Shown: positions 52,276-64,000 of the stretch, one piece after another
Numbering within the stretch: position 1 is the stretch's first letter
How the letters are laid out: each line of letters opens with the position of its first letter
Notes under the pieces: generated by a model
The model's database searches: none
What the model saw: the letters and a program-made list of their open reading frames with translations, nothing else
Told to the model about the DNA's origin: nothing
Program-made: the position numbers and the translations under genes
Assembly: GCA_964016885.1 (NCBI GenBank)
Contig: OZ024743.1
Coordinates: forward strand, 362,328,001 to 362,392,000
DNA from: Eledone cirrhosa
Taxonomy: Eukaryota
Direction: 5' to 3'
Length of the DNA stretch: 64,000 nucleotides

Positions 52276-53309
52276 AGAGATAAAGAGAGAGAAAGATTTT
52301 GCTAGTTAAAACAAATAATGCCAGTATTCATCTTAGTACTCTATACATAGTGTAAGTAACAGATAGATATATGTTACTTTCACTAACGGTGACCAGAGTA
52401 CAGATAGATATTGTACTCTCAGTCTCTTCACGCCATGAAACCGGGATAAGCTCCGGCCAATTGAACTTTCTGTCTTCAGACAGACTTCAGACTTTTAGAC
52501 TGTTAGACTACAGAAATAGTGATAGTATTGTGGTTGGTATATTCGTGCATGTGCTCCTTTGAGTGTAAGGAATATTGTAGTGGTGTGGCATTTACTTAAG
52601 TATCGTTCATGATGTTATGTATGTATTTAATACGTCGTGTGTGAGTGCGTTTGTTACACCCGGATGTAAAACTTTATAAGTTTGAGATGTCTTAAATGTG
52701 TTGTGTGTGTAGAAGTGGGTGCATATTAGTAACAAAGCATCTTACAATCCGGGCTCGTGTTTGAGTTTGTGTTTGAGATATGTTTTGTATATTCTGTGAT
52801 TAAATGTTGTGACAAGTTCGGATTTGTCATTGTTTAAAAGTGATTGATTGGTGAGCAGTATATGTATGGTCACTTCGGAATAAAGCTTACAAGATGGCGT
52901 CTCTCGGTGTAAAGTATGGTCTTGATTAGAACACTCTATTGCAAATTGAAAGACGTATTATGCTCACGTAAATGACATATATAGCTCGAAAATTTCGTAA
53001 CATGTTTCTATGCTGGGTTACGAAAAATAATTTTGTTTAGTGACCAAGCAAAAAAAATAAAACTCGCTTACCCTCCACTCCCGCTTACAAAATATAACTT
53101 TTAACTGACACTGATTGTTACTATTCCATTTTATTTTATTTTGATTTTTACTTTGGTTTCACTGTCACTTTTCCCTTCTAGTGTATCCACATGACTGTTA
53201 ATTAGCCTAGAGCTCTGCTCGCCTTGAATGGGCTTGGCTGAGGTTAACACAAGCAATTTGATTCATTTCACGTGTTTTCATTGAAACGGATAAAACTTCA
53301 TCGTCTGGC

Positions 53310-54551
53310 ATTCTATCCTATGAGTCACAAGGCAGCGTTTGAGGCTCTAGACCAAACTCTCAAGGACTTGCGTCGAAATTCACACGTAATGGGTGGAGCG
53401 ACAGTACTGATGGATGGCGATTTTCGGCAGACTCTTCCTGTAATCACTAGAAGCACTAGAGCTGACGAAGTTAACGCATGCATCAAGTCTTCCTACCTAT
53501 GGCAGTATGTCCAGAAACTAAACCTGACTACTAACATGAGAGTGCGTGTGCATGGCGACGCAGAATCTGAGGATTTCTCAAAACAGCTACTGGAAGTTGG
53601 TAATGGAACTACACGCGGAATCGATGAACAGCACATCTGTCTGCCGTTTGGAAACTTTGTATCAAGCATAGAGGAATTAATGTCATCTGTTTTCCAAGAG
53701 CTAGAAGCACGATTCCTTGATCACAACTGGCTGCAAGGGAGAGCTATTTTAGCACCACATAATGCAACCGTTGAGGCAATGAATCAACACCTGCTTGACC
53801 AGATTCCAGGAGGTGAAGTCTCCTTCAAGTCAATTGACACCAACAAAAACGCGGACGACGCCGTCAACTATCCGATTGAATTCCTCAACAGTCAACAACC
53901 TCACGGACTTCCACCTCATGACCTTAGACTGAAGGTTGGTGTTCCAGATATGCTGCTAAGAAACGTAGAACCACCAGAACTATGTAACGGGAGGCGTCTG
54001 ATCATCAAAAGAATTGGGACACGAATTCTTACGACAAAAATTCTGGGCGGCCGTCTGCTGGCGGGACAAAGTTATTATCCCCATAAGCCTTAGTCCCTCT
54101 GACGTCCCATTTGATTTTACGAGACGGCAGTTTCCCGTAAAACTCTGCTTTGCAATGAGTATCAACAAGGCACGGGGACAGTCGCTACAAGTAGTTGGCC
54201 AAAATCTGACACAGCAGGTAGTTACCCACGGTCAACTATACGTCGGATGCTTACGCGTCAGCAGTCCACACAATCTCTACATTTGTGATAATCCGGGTAA
54301 TACCAGGAACGTTGTCTACAAAGAAGCACTGCAACAACACCTTTGAAGCTTCCGCCATTCCTCTTCCGTCGCCACTCATTGTCTCTCAACGCTTTTCACG
54401 TCGCTCCACTTTTCATTGTACGCCGTCCAGCCCCAAGTGCCTATTTCTATTTTTTTCCTGATACTGCTTCTTTATAATAAACTTTCAATAATATTTTTCA
54501 AATTATTAACCTAATAAAAAGTGGGCCCCGGGTGCAACCGGGCTCAGCTGC

Positions 54552-54554
<3 letters not shown>
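53310..54554 (+). mobile_element. Helitron 3' portion: frameshifted PIF1 helicase and 3' terminus
   Basis: GDFRQTLPV, LTTNMRV, RAILAP, YPIEFLNS, RRQFPVKLCFAMSINKARGQSL, HGQLYVG; cccgg/ccggg hairpin and CTAG|T. Confidence 0.9.
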
Positions 54555-54589
<35 letters not shown>

Positions 54590-55518
54590 ACCTCCAAGAT
54601 AATAATATAACCTACAATCTCACTTAGAGCTTACTGTCCAGAGCTAACTCTTACACGGGAGGACGCCGTCCGTGTAACTTATGCTCGGAGGAAACATTAC
54701 AAATGCTGTTTTCGAAGGACCAACTCCTAAACAAGAAAGACAAACTGGTAACCGCATGCAAACACAGATTGCGTAGGACTTACCTCGCCCTCAAACCCCA
54801 TAACGACCCGGGTGGGTAGAGAAGGGCTGATAACCCCTCCCCCCCCCACACACACACACCCCACCCCCCTTCCGAATAAGTTAGGGGGAACCCCAGCTTA
54901 CATAGGTAGATGTATCTCTTTTCTTTTCCTCTTTGTCTTCTTCTTCCCCCTGTATCATCCTATCACTTCCTTCCACCCCCTATTTTCTTCCTCGTCTGTT
55001 TTCCCTTTTCGCCTACCCCGATGCAGCCCATCGGGCCTCTGTAGCATCAGTTCCCCCACCCCTGTAATGTTAAGATAGAATTGGCCGAATACGTTTTACT
55101 AACTACTTATAGCAGATGTATTAAACCCCTTTAATTTTGTATCAGTTTTGTTACTACTCAATTTCTACAAGTTCTTTCTATTCTCAACTTATTAACCTGT
55201 AATTGTAAAATAGCATTGTGATTGTTTTATTCATTTCTCACTATCTAATTTTATATATATATTTTTTTTTTTCTATTATCTTTTATTTCTCCTACTCTCA
55301 TTCGATTTGCCTATTCTATAACCTCCCTCCACTTCATACACTATCCTTAGAATCTGCTCTATACATATCACTTTCAACGCTTGACCGCTCCACTCACTCC
55401 CCTATTGTTCTACAAGTTCAGCCACCCCTACCTTCCAGCAAATGCCATGATAGACTTATTTGTGTTTACAACAAATTTTAACCAATCCTCTTGACAACTA
55501 CAATCTTCCCATATAAGG

Positions 55519-55625
55519 AAGTAGCCCTTGACAAGTTCGGTTATTTATTCACCAGGCTAAAAATTCTAATTTAGTACAGAAATAGCCGACAAAACGGCTT
55601 GAGCTCTGCCGTCGGGGTCCTACTT
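55519..55625 (+). ncRNA. HHR-like motif with a U3-A8 core and G12 replaced by A, at the end of a ~1 kb unit between (TA)n tracts
   Basis: aagtag-ccc/ggg-ctactt stem I; TTGACAA; tcggttattt/aaatagccga stem II; AAAA; cggc/gccg stem III; GUC site. Confidence 0.55.
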
Positions 55626-55628
55626 TTT

Positions 55629-55698
<70 letters not shown>

Positions 55699-55838
55699 AT
55701 AATACCTATATAGTATAAAGTCTACATAGTATATATATAGCGTTAAGTGTGTATATGTTGCGTGACTGTATGCATAGGAATATTATTTTCAAGTGTAATC
55801 CATACAATAAAACATTTAATACGAACAATTTAAAGGTG

Positions 55839-56800
<962 letters not shown>

Positions 56801-57489
56801 AAATGGAGTTATATGAATGTATGCATTTAGTTTTATTTCTTTCTTTTGTTCTTTTTTTTTCTATTTGGGATTTTTGGGCAAATATCGAACACTACTTTGT
56901 AAGATATTTCTTTAAACGGAAGTCTTCAATCGTTGCTTAATTTGGTTCAATAGAAATAATTTACTATATTCAGCGTATTAATATCTGTTTACCACATTTT
57001 TTTCTTTTCATTTATTACCGGATGTGCTGCATGTAGTTGGAATGAACTACTTTCATTGATTCTAGTCACGGAATTCTTCCAAAATAAACGTTAGTGATTA
57101 AAATTATCTAGCTTTACATGAGATGATGTGCTTCAATGGAAATTAGAGGATGGAGAGACTAGTTTTCTCTATAGAGAGTGTAGAAGAGAGGATAAGTCAA
57201 ACAAATATGTATATATATATTAGTATCAGTGCTCTGAAATAGCGATGTATGTATGAATGTATGTATAGTATATTTGATAATATACTGTATGTTTATTTTA
57301 AAACATTTTGAAGACCATTCGCTATGAGTTTTAAAGTAGTGACTATGTCACTTACTTTGTCTCGGCAAAAATAAAGGGAAGCAACCGACAGCTGTTTCTC
57401 GTTTGTGGAATTCTATAAGAATCTAGCTTCGATAAGTCTCGACAGAAGCGGAAGGATAATCAATCGTGATAACCGTTAACAAATGGGCC

Positions 57490-58160
57490 TATACTGGAAG
57501 ATATACAAGTGATGTTGAGATCCTTGAAAGAAGTCACTCTCAGAGTGCCGAATCGATCATCTTGCAGCATCGTCTCCAATGGGTGTCACAAATGGTGAGA
57601 ATGGAGGGCTGAAGGTCATTCAAGCAACTCTTTTATAGTGATGTGAGAGGTGACAAATATCCACCTCATAAACCTAAGATGAAGTTCAAAGACTGAATGA
57701 AAACATATTTAATGAAAGCTGACATTTCTGAAGGAAACTTGGCAACAAGCTACCAATGATCAAACTCGACAGGGGGAAGATTTATATGCTGAGAAAGCAC
57801 ACATTGAAACGGCCCAAAGAAATTATGAACATTAAAAGTGGATGTGAGAAAGTGGAATTGCCAGGAAGTGTGGAATACCAATGAGAGCTAACATATAATG
57901 AGTGTGGGAGAGTCTGCCTCAACATAGCGGGATTAAAATGTCACAAAAGGAACCATGTACAAAGGGCTGATGCAGATTACGTTGATGCGTATGGTCTAAC
58001 AATCGACCATCAATGTGGTAATTCTACCAATCAACAGACGTGGAGTGGTACATGAAAGTACATAGCAGCCAACAACCAATGCCTGCTGCCAAAGACCAAC
58101 TCTGAAACATCTGTGCCAGAGAATGTAGGACCTTTGATGGCCTAAAGGGTCACAATCGTG
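57490..58160 (+). mobile_element. RTE LINE 3' remnant
   Basis: LQHRLQWVSQMVRM...KQLFYS...PKMKFKD; ECGRVCLNIAGLKCHKRNH. Confidence 0.65.
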
Positions 58161-60194
58161 CTACAAACATGTACAAGTATTTTTGAAATTCCAAGCGATA
58201 TCTATACCCGACACACATAGGACATTACGGCTGCGTTTACGCGTTGTTCTGGGGTTACTGCGGAGGTTATTGCCGTGGTGGGAGTCCCTAACAAGGCAAT
58301 AGGGCAGCTGGATAATGTGTGCCTTGTTAGCATTATGCTTATGTGTACAGCTACCCCCAGCGCGGCGGTTCCGGGTTACCCCATGCCGGTTAGAAGGTGT
58401 TGGTAATAAACCGTCGCCTTTATTAAGCCTGTATGCGGGGAATAATTTGAGTAGGTTGTAGTTACTACTATTAACCGGACTATGATCGTGTGGGTATGGT
58501 AATACACCCAGCTTTATGGTTACGATGCAGGCCATAGCTAGTGGCATTATTAGCTCTTCTAATATTCTTTTCACTTTTAGGGCCACTGTGGCGGTGGTTA
58601 TAGGTATGGCTCGCTATAACACTTGTCCTACAGCAGGGGGGGGGGCTTTATAGATCTTGCATCGTGAAGGTATAATATTTTGCTGTTATAACCTGAATCA
58701 GCAAAATGCATTGTTGTAATAATCAGCAGTTAGGTTGAAGAGGTCGTCATTAGCAGAAAGTCTCGAGATTCTATGTGAGATGTTATACACTATATAGTGT
58801 ATAGCATCTCACATGGACAGGTATCTTAGTATTAGCAGTAGCATACACAATAACGCCACCTTAGAAATTAACTGCAGCACCAGTAGTGTGACCGACAACA
58901 GGGTTATAAACCATATTACAACCGATGTAGAAGACGCTATAACACGAGAAGTGGACATAGCACCACTTCGCATGTTTGTAGCTATAATAACGCCAACCAC
59001 AATAATGGCAGGTATGGTGATGGAGATAATAATAGTAATAGGATTAACACAAGCCCTCACCACCTTAGAGGTGACAACAAAAAACATTGCAACTGTCGTA
59101 ACCCTGTCAACTGTCCACTCCGAGGCTACTGCTTGACTAGAAACGTTATCTATAGATGCACGGTTACTAGTTTTAATAGTGTTATGTCTTACATAGGAGC
59201 TACTTCTGGGGCGTTCAAGACTAGATTTCGAGCGCAACTCCACTCTTTTAGGAATAGGAAGCTTAGATACTCTACTTCCCTCGCTAATTATATTACCCAA
59301 TTAACAGACTCTAACATAAGCTACACCACTCATTGGGAAATTGTGAACCAAGCAACACCATATAATTTCAAAGAAAACTGCCAACTCTGCCTAATGGAAC
59401 TGTTTTATATAGTGCAAGCATCCAGGAACTCATAAATAGTCGGGCCGAAACTGTCATTAATTACGGCCATCGAAATACAACAATCTTTCTACAGATGGAC
59501 TCCAACAATGGAATAACCACTATAACACCTGATGCTGTCAGCACCGCACCCTGGCCTCACTTACCAGCGGTAGATTAACCATTAAACAATGTGGAATAAC
59601 ACCATCATCCACGCACTGTTTTCCCACTAGGAAGTTGCACAGCATATATCAAGTCGGGCCTACCCCACTATATTCTTCCTCTCGGCTAGACTGGCTTTAA
59701 GTAATCTTACGAACTTTGCTTAAACTTGAATAACTTCTTAGACAATTGATCATATGAACATACTACTTCGATCCAAATTGACTTTATTTTTCTAACCAAT
59801 AGTCTTTCATATTCACTTTAGTCTTTCATGTTCACACCTTACCACGGCTTCAATTATACTGAGTTGACCAACCCTGCATATGTTAATTCCTTTTAAATAA
59901 AAAAAATATATTTTTCTATAGCTGGTACTGGTCATAACTTACATAGTAAACTTTATACTTGCACCGGTAATTACCTCCTTTAGTAAACTACACTCCTTTT
60001 CACCGTCTTTACACTTTTAATATTTAAATTTACTATGCAAGGTGATGTAAAACTTTTATTTAACCCTTTTAGGGTCTGTAATTAAAACTTTGCTTGTAAT
60101 ATCTGCCTCAGATCAGCCCCATTGGGCGAAACGCGTGTAAGAGCTTTATAAAGATATGTTTTAACGGCTTGTAACTCTTTCATTAATTATTTTG

Positions 60195-60200
<6 letters not shown>
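58160..60200. mobile_element. Naiad-like PLE remnant with an internal inversion (thumb region on -, GIY-YIG and 3' UTR on +)
   Basis: - strand ISRLSANDDLFNLTADYYNNA and RKRSRNVL; + strand CNCRNPVNCPLRGYCLTRNVIY...YIG; degenerate HHR at 60105-60144 before (TC)n(TA)n. Confidence 0.7.
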
Positions 60201-60226
<26 letters not shown>

Positions 60227-61454
60227 CGACAGCTCCATATGCAGATGAGGCTAATCAGCCCATGTACAATAGCGTCAAAACTATATGTTCTCCTCTATTG
60301 AAATCCAGCAGAGAGCAGGGTAGGGAAATCACTGCCTTGATAACGACCATCAGTCATAAATGATCGTCAGTAGTCACGCTCTCTTGCTTCTGCTTGAATT
60401 CCTTAGATGCCATCAGCTTCTAAAATTCATAGCTGAAGGCTTTCAAATGTTTATTCGTAAACACACCGTATATGGTTAGATATACAAAATACACATAATT
60501 ATATGTATACAGCTATGTCGGAGCGAAAACTTTAATTTTATATATATATATTTCAAAATATTCTTTAAATAATTTTTTTTAATTGATTAACACATTATCT
60601 CTGCTGGTTCTACCTTGCTATGAACTTGCACTCTCTCTCTCTCAGCTCTAGATTATTTCATTCCATCTACTTTTTTCTTTCTCCTCCTCACTTTCTCCCT
60701 TTATATTCTCTTCTTCATTATCTGTCCTTTACCCACTTTCTTTTTCTTTACTCTTCCCTCCTTTTTCTTGTTTTTCTTTCTCTTGGGTAGCTTGACACAT
60801 CAGATAGACACAATAAAGAATATATATAGTGCCTATTGCCTTTTGCTATTCAAGATCAATATTGAGCACAAGGATCAGGAAAAAGTACAAAATGTGTGCT
60901 TAACAGAGTTTTGGAGGAAATTTCATTTTAAAAATGCCATTGTGGAAGAGGAGCTGTAGTTCTGCTTTATATTCTTAGCATGCCAAATATTTACAAAGAG
61001 TCTCTAAGTGATAATGTTTTGCGTTAGTTTTATAACACGAAGTGGATAAGTCATCCACATACTTAATACGATTTTAATCTAACAAAGGATAAATTACCTA
61101 ATTGTTTGGTAATAAATAATCCTATCGTGTAAGGTGAATTGAGGACATTTAGAATAAAATGTTTTATTCAGAATGTCATTGAAATGCCTGCAGTGGATTT
61201 GATCCATTCACATTCAAGATTGTAAATGAAGTGTTTTAATAAATCTAAGCTTTACCTGTACTGAAAGCAGTGCATTGACTGATTCGTTAGATCATTGAAG
61301 AGAATGCCTTGAAGTAATTTTTCAGATTCTCTGCACACTGAGATCAACTTTGTCTTTCATTCTCCCTCTCTTTTTCAATATATATTTATCTCTTTGAATC
61401 ATCTACATCAAATTTAATATGATCTCACAGGATTTTAAAAAAACGGATATACTA

Positions 61455-61600
61455 ATAATTGCTTCTACTTTTGGCACAAGGCCAGCAATCACCCCAGTGC
61501 ATAACTGGTGCTTTATTTTATCGACCCCGTAAGGATGAAAAGCAAAGTTAACCTCGGCGAGATTTGAACTCAAACAGTAAAGAGCCATAACTCTATGCTG
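61455..61600 (-). mobile_element. SINE family 1
   Basis: Reverse complement of the family consensus. Confidence 0.7.
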
Positions 61601-61799
61601 AATGTGCAGAATAATGGAACAGGAATATAGAACATCTTTATCGATAAAAACAAAATGAATTTTTCAAAATTAGTTGATGCACTATTTACAATTAATGTTG
61701 TTTTCAAAATATGGCTCCAATACTAAAGTGACAAAATAAAGAACGAAGAGGAATGGGTAGGGGAAATTCAGCACCCATGGCTTGATAGCATATAACAGC

Positions 61800-62900
61800 T
61801 GTGAAAAAGATGGCAAAAACATGACACCTGCTGCATAAGGGATTCTACCATCTCAGGTCTACTATCTTAGGTCTAATGCTCTTGTCCTGCCAAGCCTGCT
61901 TTGGCACCCAAGTTTGTGGCCGAAATGATGAGGTTGGTTCTAGAGAAAGTTTTGTAACATGTGGTATCTCAAATAGGGAAAGGTTTATCTGCCAGGGCAT
62001 ATGCATTTTCTGCAGTTGAGGCTAACAGCTTTCGGTTGGGATGTGAGACGGGTCACGTTGAGACACCTGTTGACATAATTCAAAGCGACGTGCTGAAAAC
62101 AACGACCCGCACTACAGAGACAAAAGAACGGAAGTAGACCAAACTCAAGGAGAGGGCAACAAATTGAGTCATGCGCTGCTGTTTGGATTCGGAGCAGACA
62201 AAAGACCGTCGAGATATGTCGGCCAAAGGACGACACGATCCTTGAACAAGTTGAACCGCATTTGATGTTGTTTCAGTCTCAGTAAAACCCTCGTCAATTG
62301 AGACGACCAGAGCCGATTCAAGTTTTCGACTCACATTAGGTTCAGATGTATAGTAAAGAACGTTGTAGATGAGAGTGTGACTGGAGACAACGGGGGTAAG
62401 ATTGACCAGCAGTGCCAATTTAAGTGTTGCCAGCCTGTGTCATCGAAATTAATGTTACTAGTGAATTAGTTGCAAAGAGGAATGGTAGCATCCAGCTTAC
62501 CGAAATGTCCTGTGTGGAAATGCCATGGTGCATTACGCAACAAAATAAAATTAGGTATTTGGAGTGGGTGAAGCAGTTCTTCAAGAGAAAGAACATAGGA
62601 TGAGAGTCTATAAAATATGTTAATTATCCTCATCAACTAAACTCTTTTAACCTTCAGGCATTCTGGTATGGCGTTCAAGAGAATTGGAGACCCAAGAATG
62701 TAGACTTCGTTCCTTGGAATAAGTTGCACCAGAACGGAACGAATATTATTTACGGCATCATTATATATACTTTCACTGTATCTTATGGTTATTACTTCTG
62801 AATTGGACGAGTTAATCTTGACTTTGCAGTGTGATAGGAATAGAATGGTGTTGTAAAGGTCGTCACCGACGAACTCAACGACCACCCAGTAGCGTGTCGT
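61800..62900 (-). mobile_element. Highly degraded CRE-like RLE non-LTR retrotransposon remnant
   Basis: ILGSPI, FFLLKNCF, SAGRCFQHVALN, *DTTCYKTF resemble CRE-clade motifs recalled from memory. Confidence 0.45.
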
Positions 62901-63939
62901 TTAGCTATCAGACATTGAATGGTTAGCGGATTATCGAAAATCAAATATATAAGTATATATAATTTGATGTTAAACAGAAGCTGCGCGATTGAATAAGGGA
63001 GTATATGAACAGGAGGTAGGTTTGGGGTTCTGATTTATTTATTAAATTAGTTCTCTGCCTATTGTCTCTGTATCTCGCTTTCTCTATTGTATACAAGTAC
63101 TATCATATCCGTCGAAAACAATTATAGCAGGCTATGTAAAAATGTTCAATCCTCGATTTTCTTTGGCCCTCTCCCTATAGTCAATACAGACACCACTATA
63201 TTTCATTTTACATTAAACTAAATCAATTCCAATGGTTTTCTTTCATATTTTCTTTAATCATTATCAAACACTAACAGAAGAACCACCCGCCTCCCGGGGC
63301 GGTTTACTGCTAGCATATGTAGTGTACATATTAATATCATACGCAAATATATATTCATATAGATATGATACGTAAATTGAAAAGTAAATTGACAATATGC
63401 ATATAAATTTGTAGGGATGTTGTTTGCTTGATTTTCCCTCCTCTCTCTTTGCCGTTATGCGTCTGCTGCCAAGCGTTGAGATTTAGATGAGAAATGTTTT
63501 CGGCGCTCCATGTTCACTGTCTCTCGGCGTGTCTCTCATGTATGTATAAATATATATGTTAGCCCTACGGTGAAATCTTAGAAATAAATATATGTTAAAA
63601 CGAAAAAGGAGAAAATGAGATTAGTGACGGAAATATAAACGTCATGATATAACGATGGAAATAGAAACGTTTATATATAATTATACATAGGCGTTATGAT
63701 ATAACGATGGAAATATTATATATAAACGACATTACGGCGAAATGTTATATGAACGCTAGCGAAAGTTGTTATTTGAAAGTTTTAACAGAAGTGAATCTTG
63801 AAATAAGCAATACATTATATATCAGATTATTTATGTTTAATCAAGTGCTAAGAAATTTAGTAGATAAATTACATAATATTCATTCATGATTTGCTCAAAA
63901 TAATCCAAGTTATTTTAATAACGTGATGTAAAATAATCG

Positions 63940-64000
63940 TTTCTATTCTAGGCACAAGGCCAGCAAATTACCCAGTACATTACTAGTACTTTATTTTATC
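63940..64000 (-). mobile_element. SINE family 1, 3' end (runs off the window)
   Basis: ggcacaaggccagcaaattacccagtacattac...ctttattttatc. Confidence 0.65.

Noticed and set aside
53272-54346. Host PIF1 helicase gene
   Set aside because: Intronless, frameshifted, N-terminally truncated and followed by a Helitron hairpin and CTAG terminus

Overview
Eukaryotic, AT-rich, microsatellite-dense DNA made almost entirely of transposable elements. The SINE families and the (TA)n/(TACA)n density suggest an octopus or other cephalopod genome (inference). No host protein-coding gene, rRNA, tRNA gene or CRISPR array is supported. Content: five R4/Dong-like RLE non-LTR retrotransposons; an internally deleted RTE derivative in about five copies; Penelope-like elements (PLEs, mostly Naiad-like, including a ~6 kb head-to-head pair); a Tx1/L1 remnant; Helitrons with PIF1 remnants; RTE, RTE-X and CRE-like remnants; and two tRNA-derived SINE families. 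Two things stand out. (1) About 14 hand-folded type I hammerhead ribozyme (HHR) motifs from about 8 families, many with long stem II or variant cores, lie near (TA)n tracts and often form inverted pairs. One is a non-coding 532-nt retrozyme-like unit that begins at its own predicted cleavage site. (2) A ~9.5 kb array in which + strand R4/Dong copies and - strand RTE derivatives alternate within (TACA)n tracts. All folds and alignments were done by eye; coordinates are approximate to a few bases.
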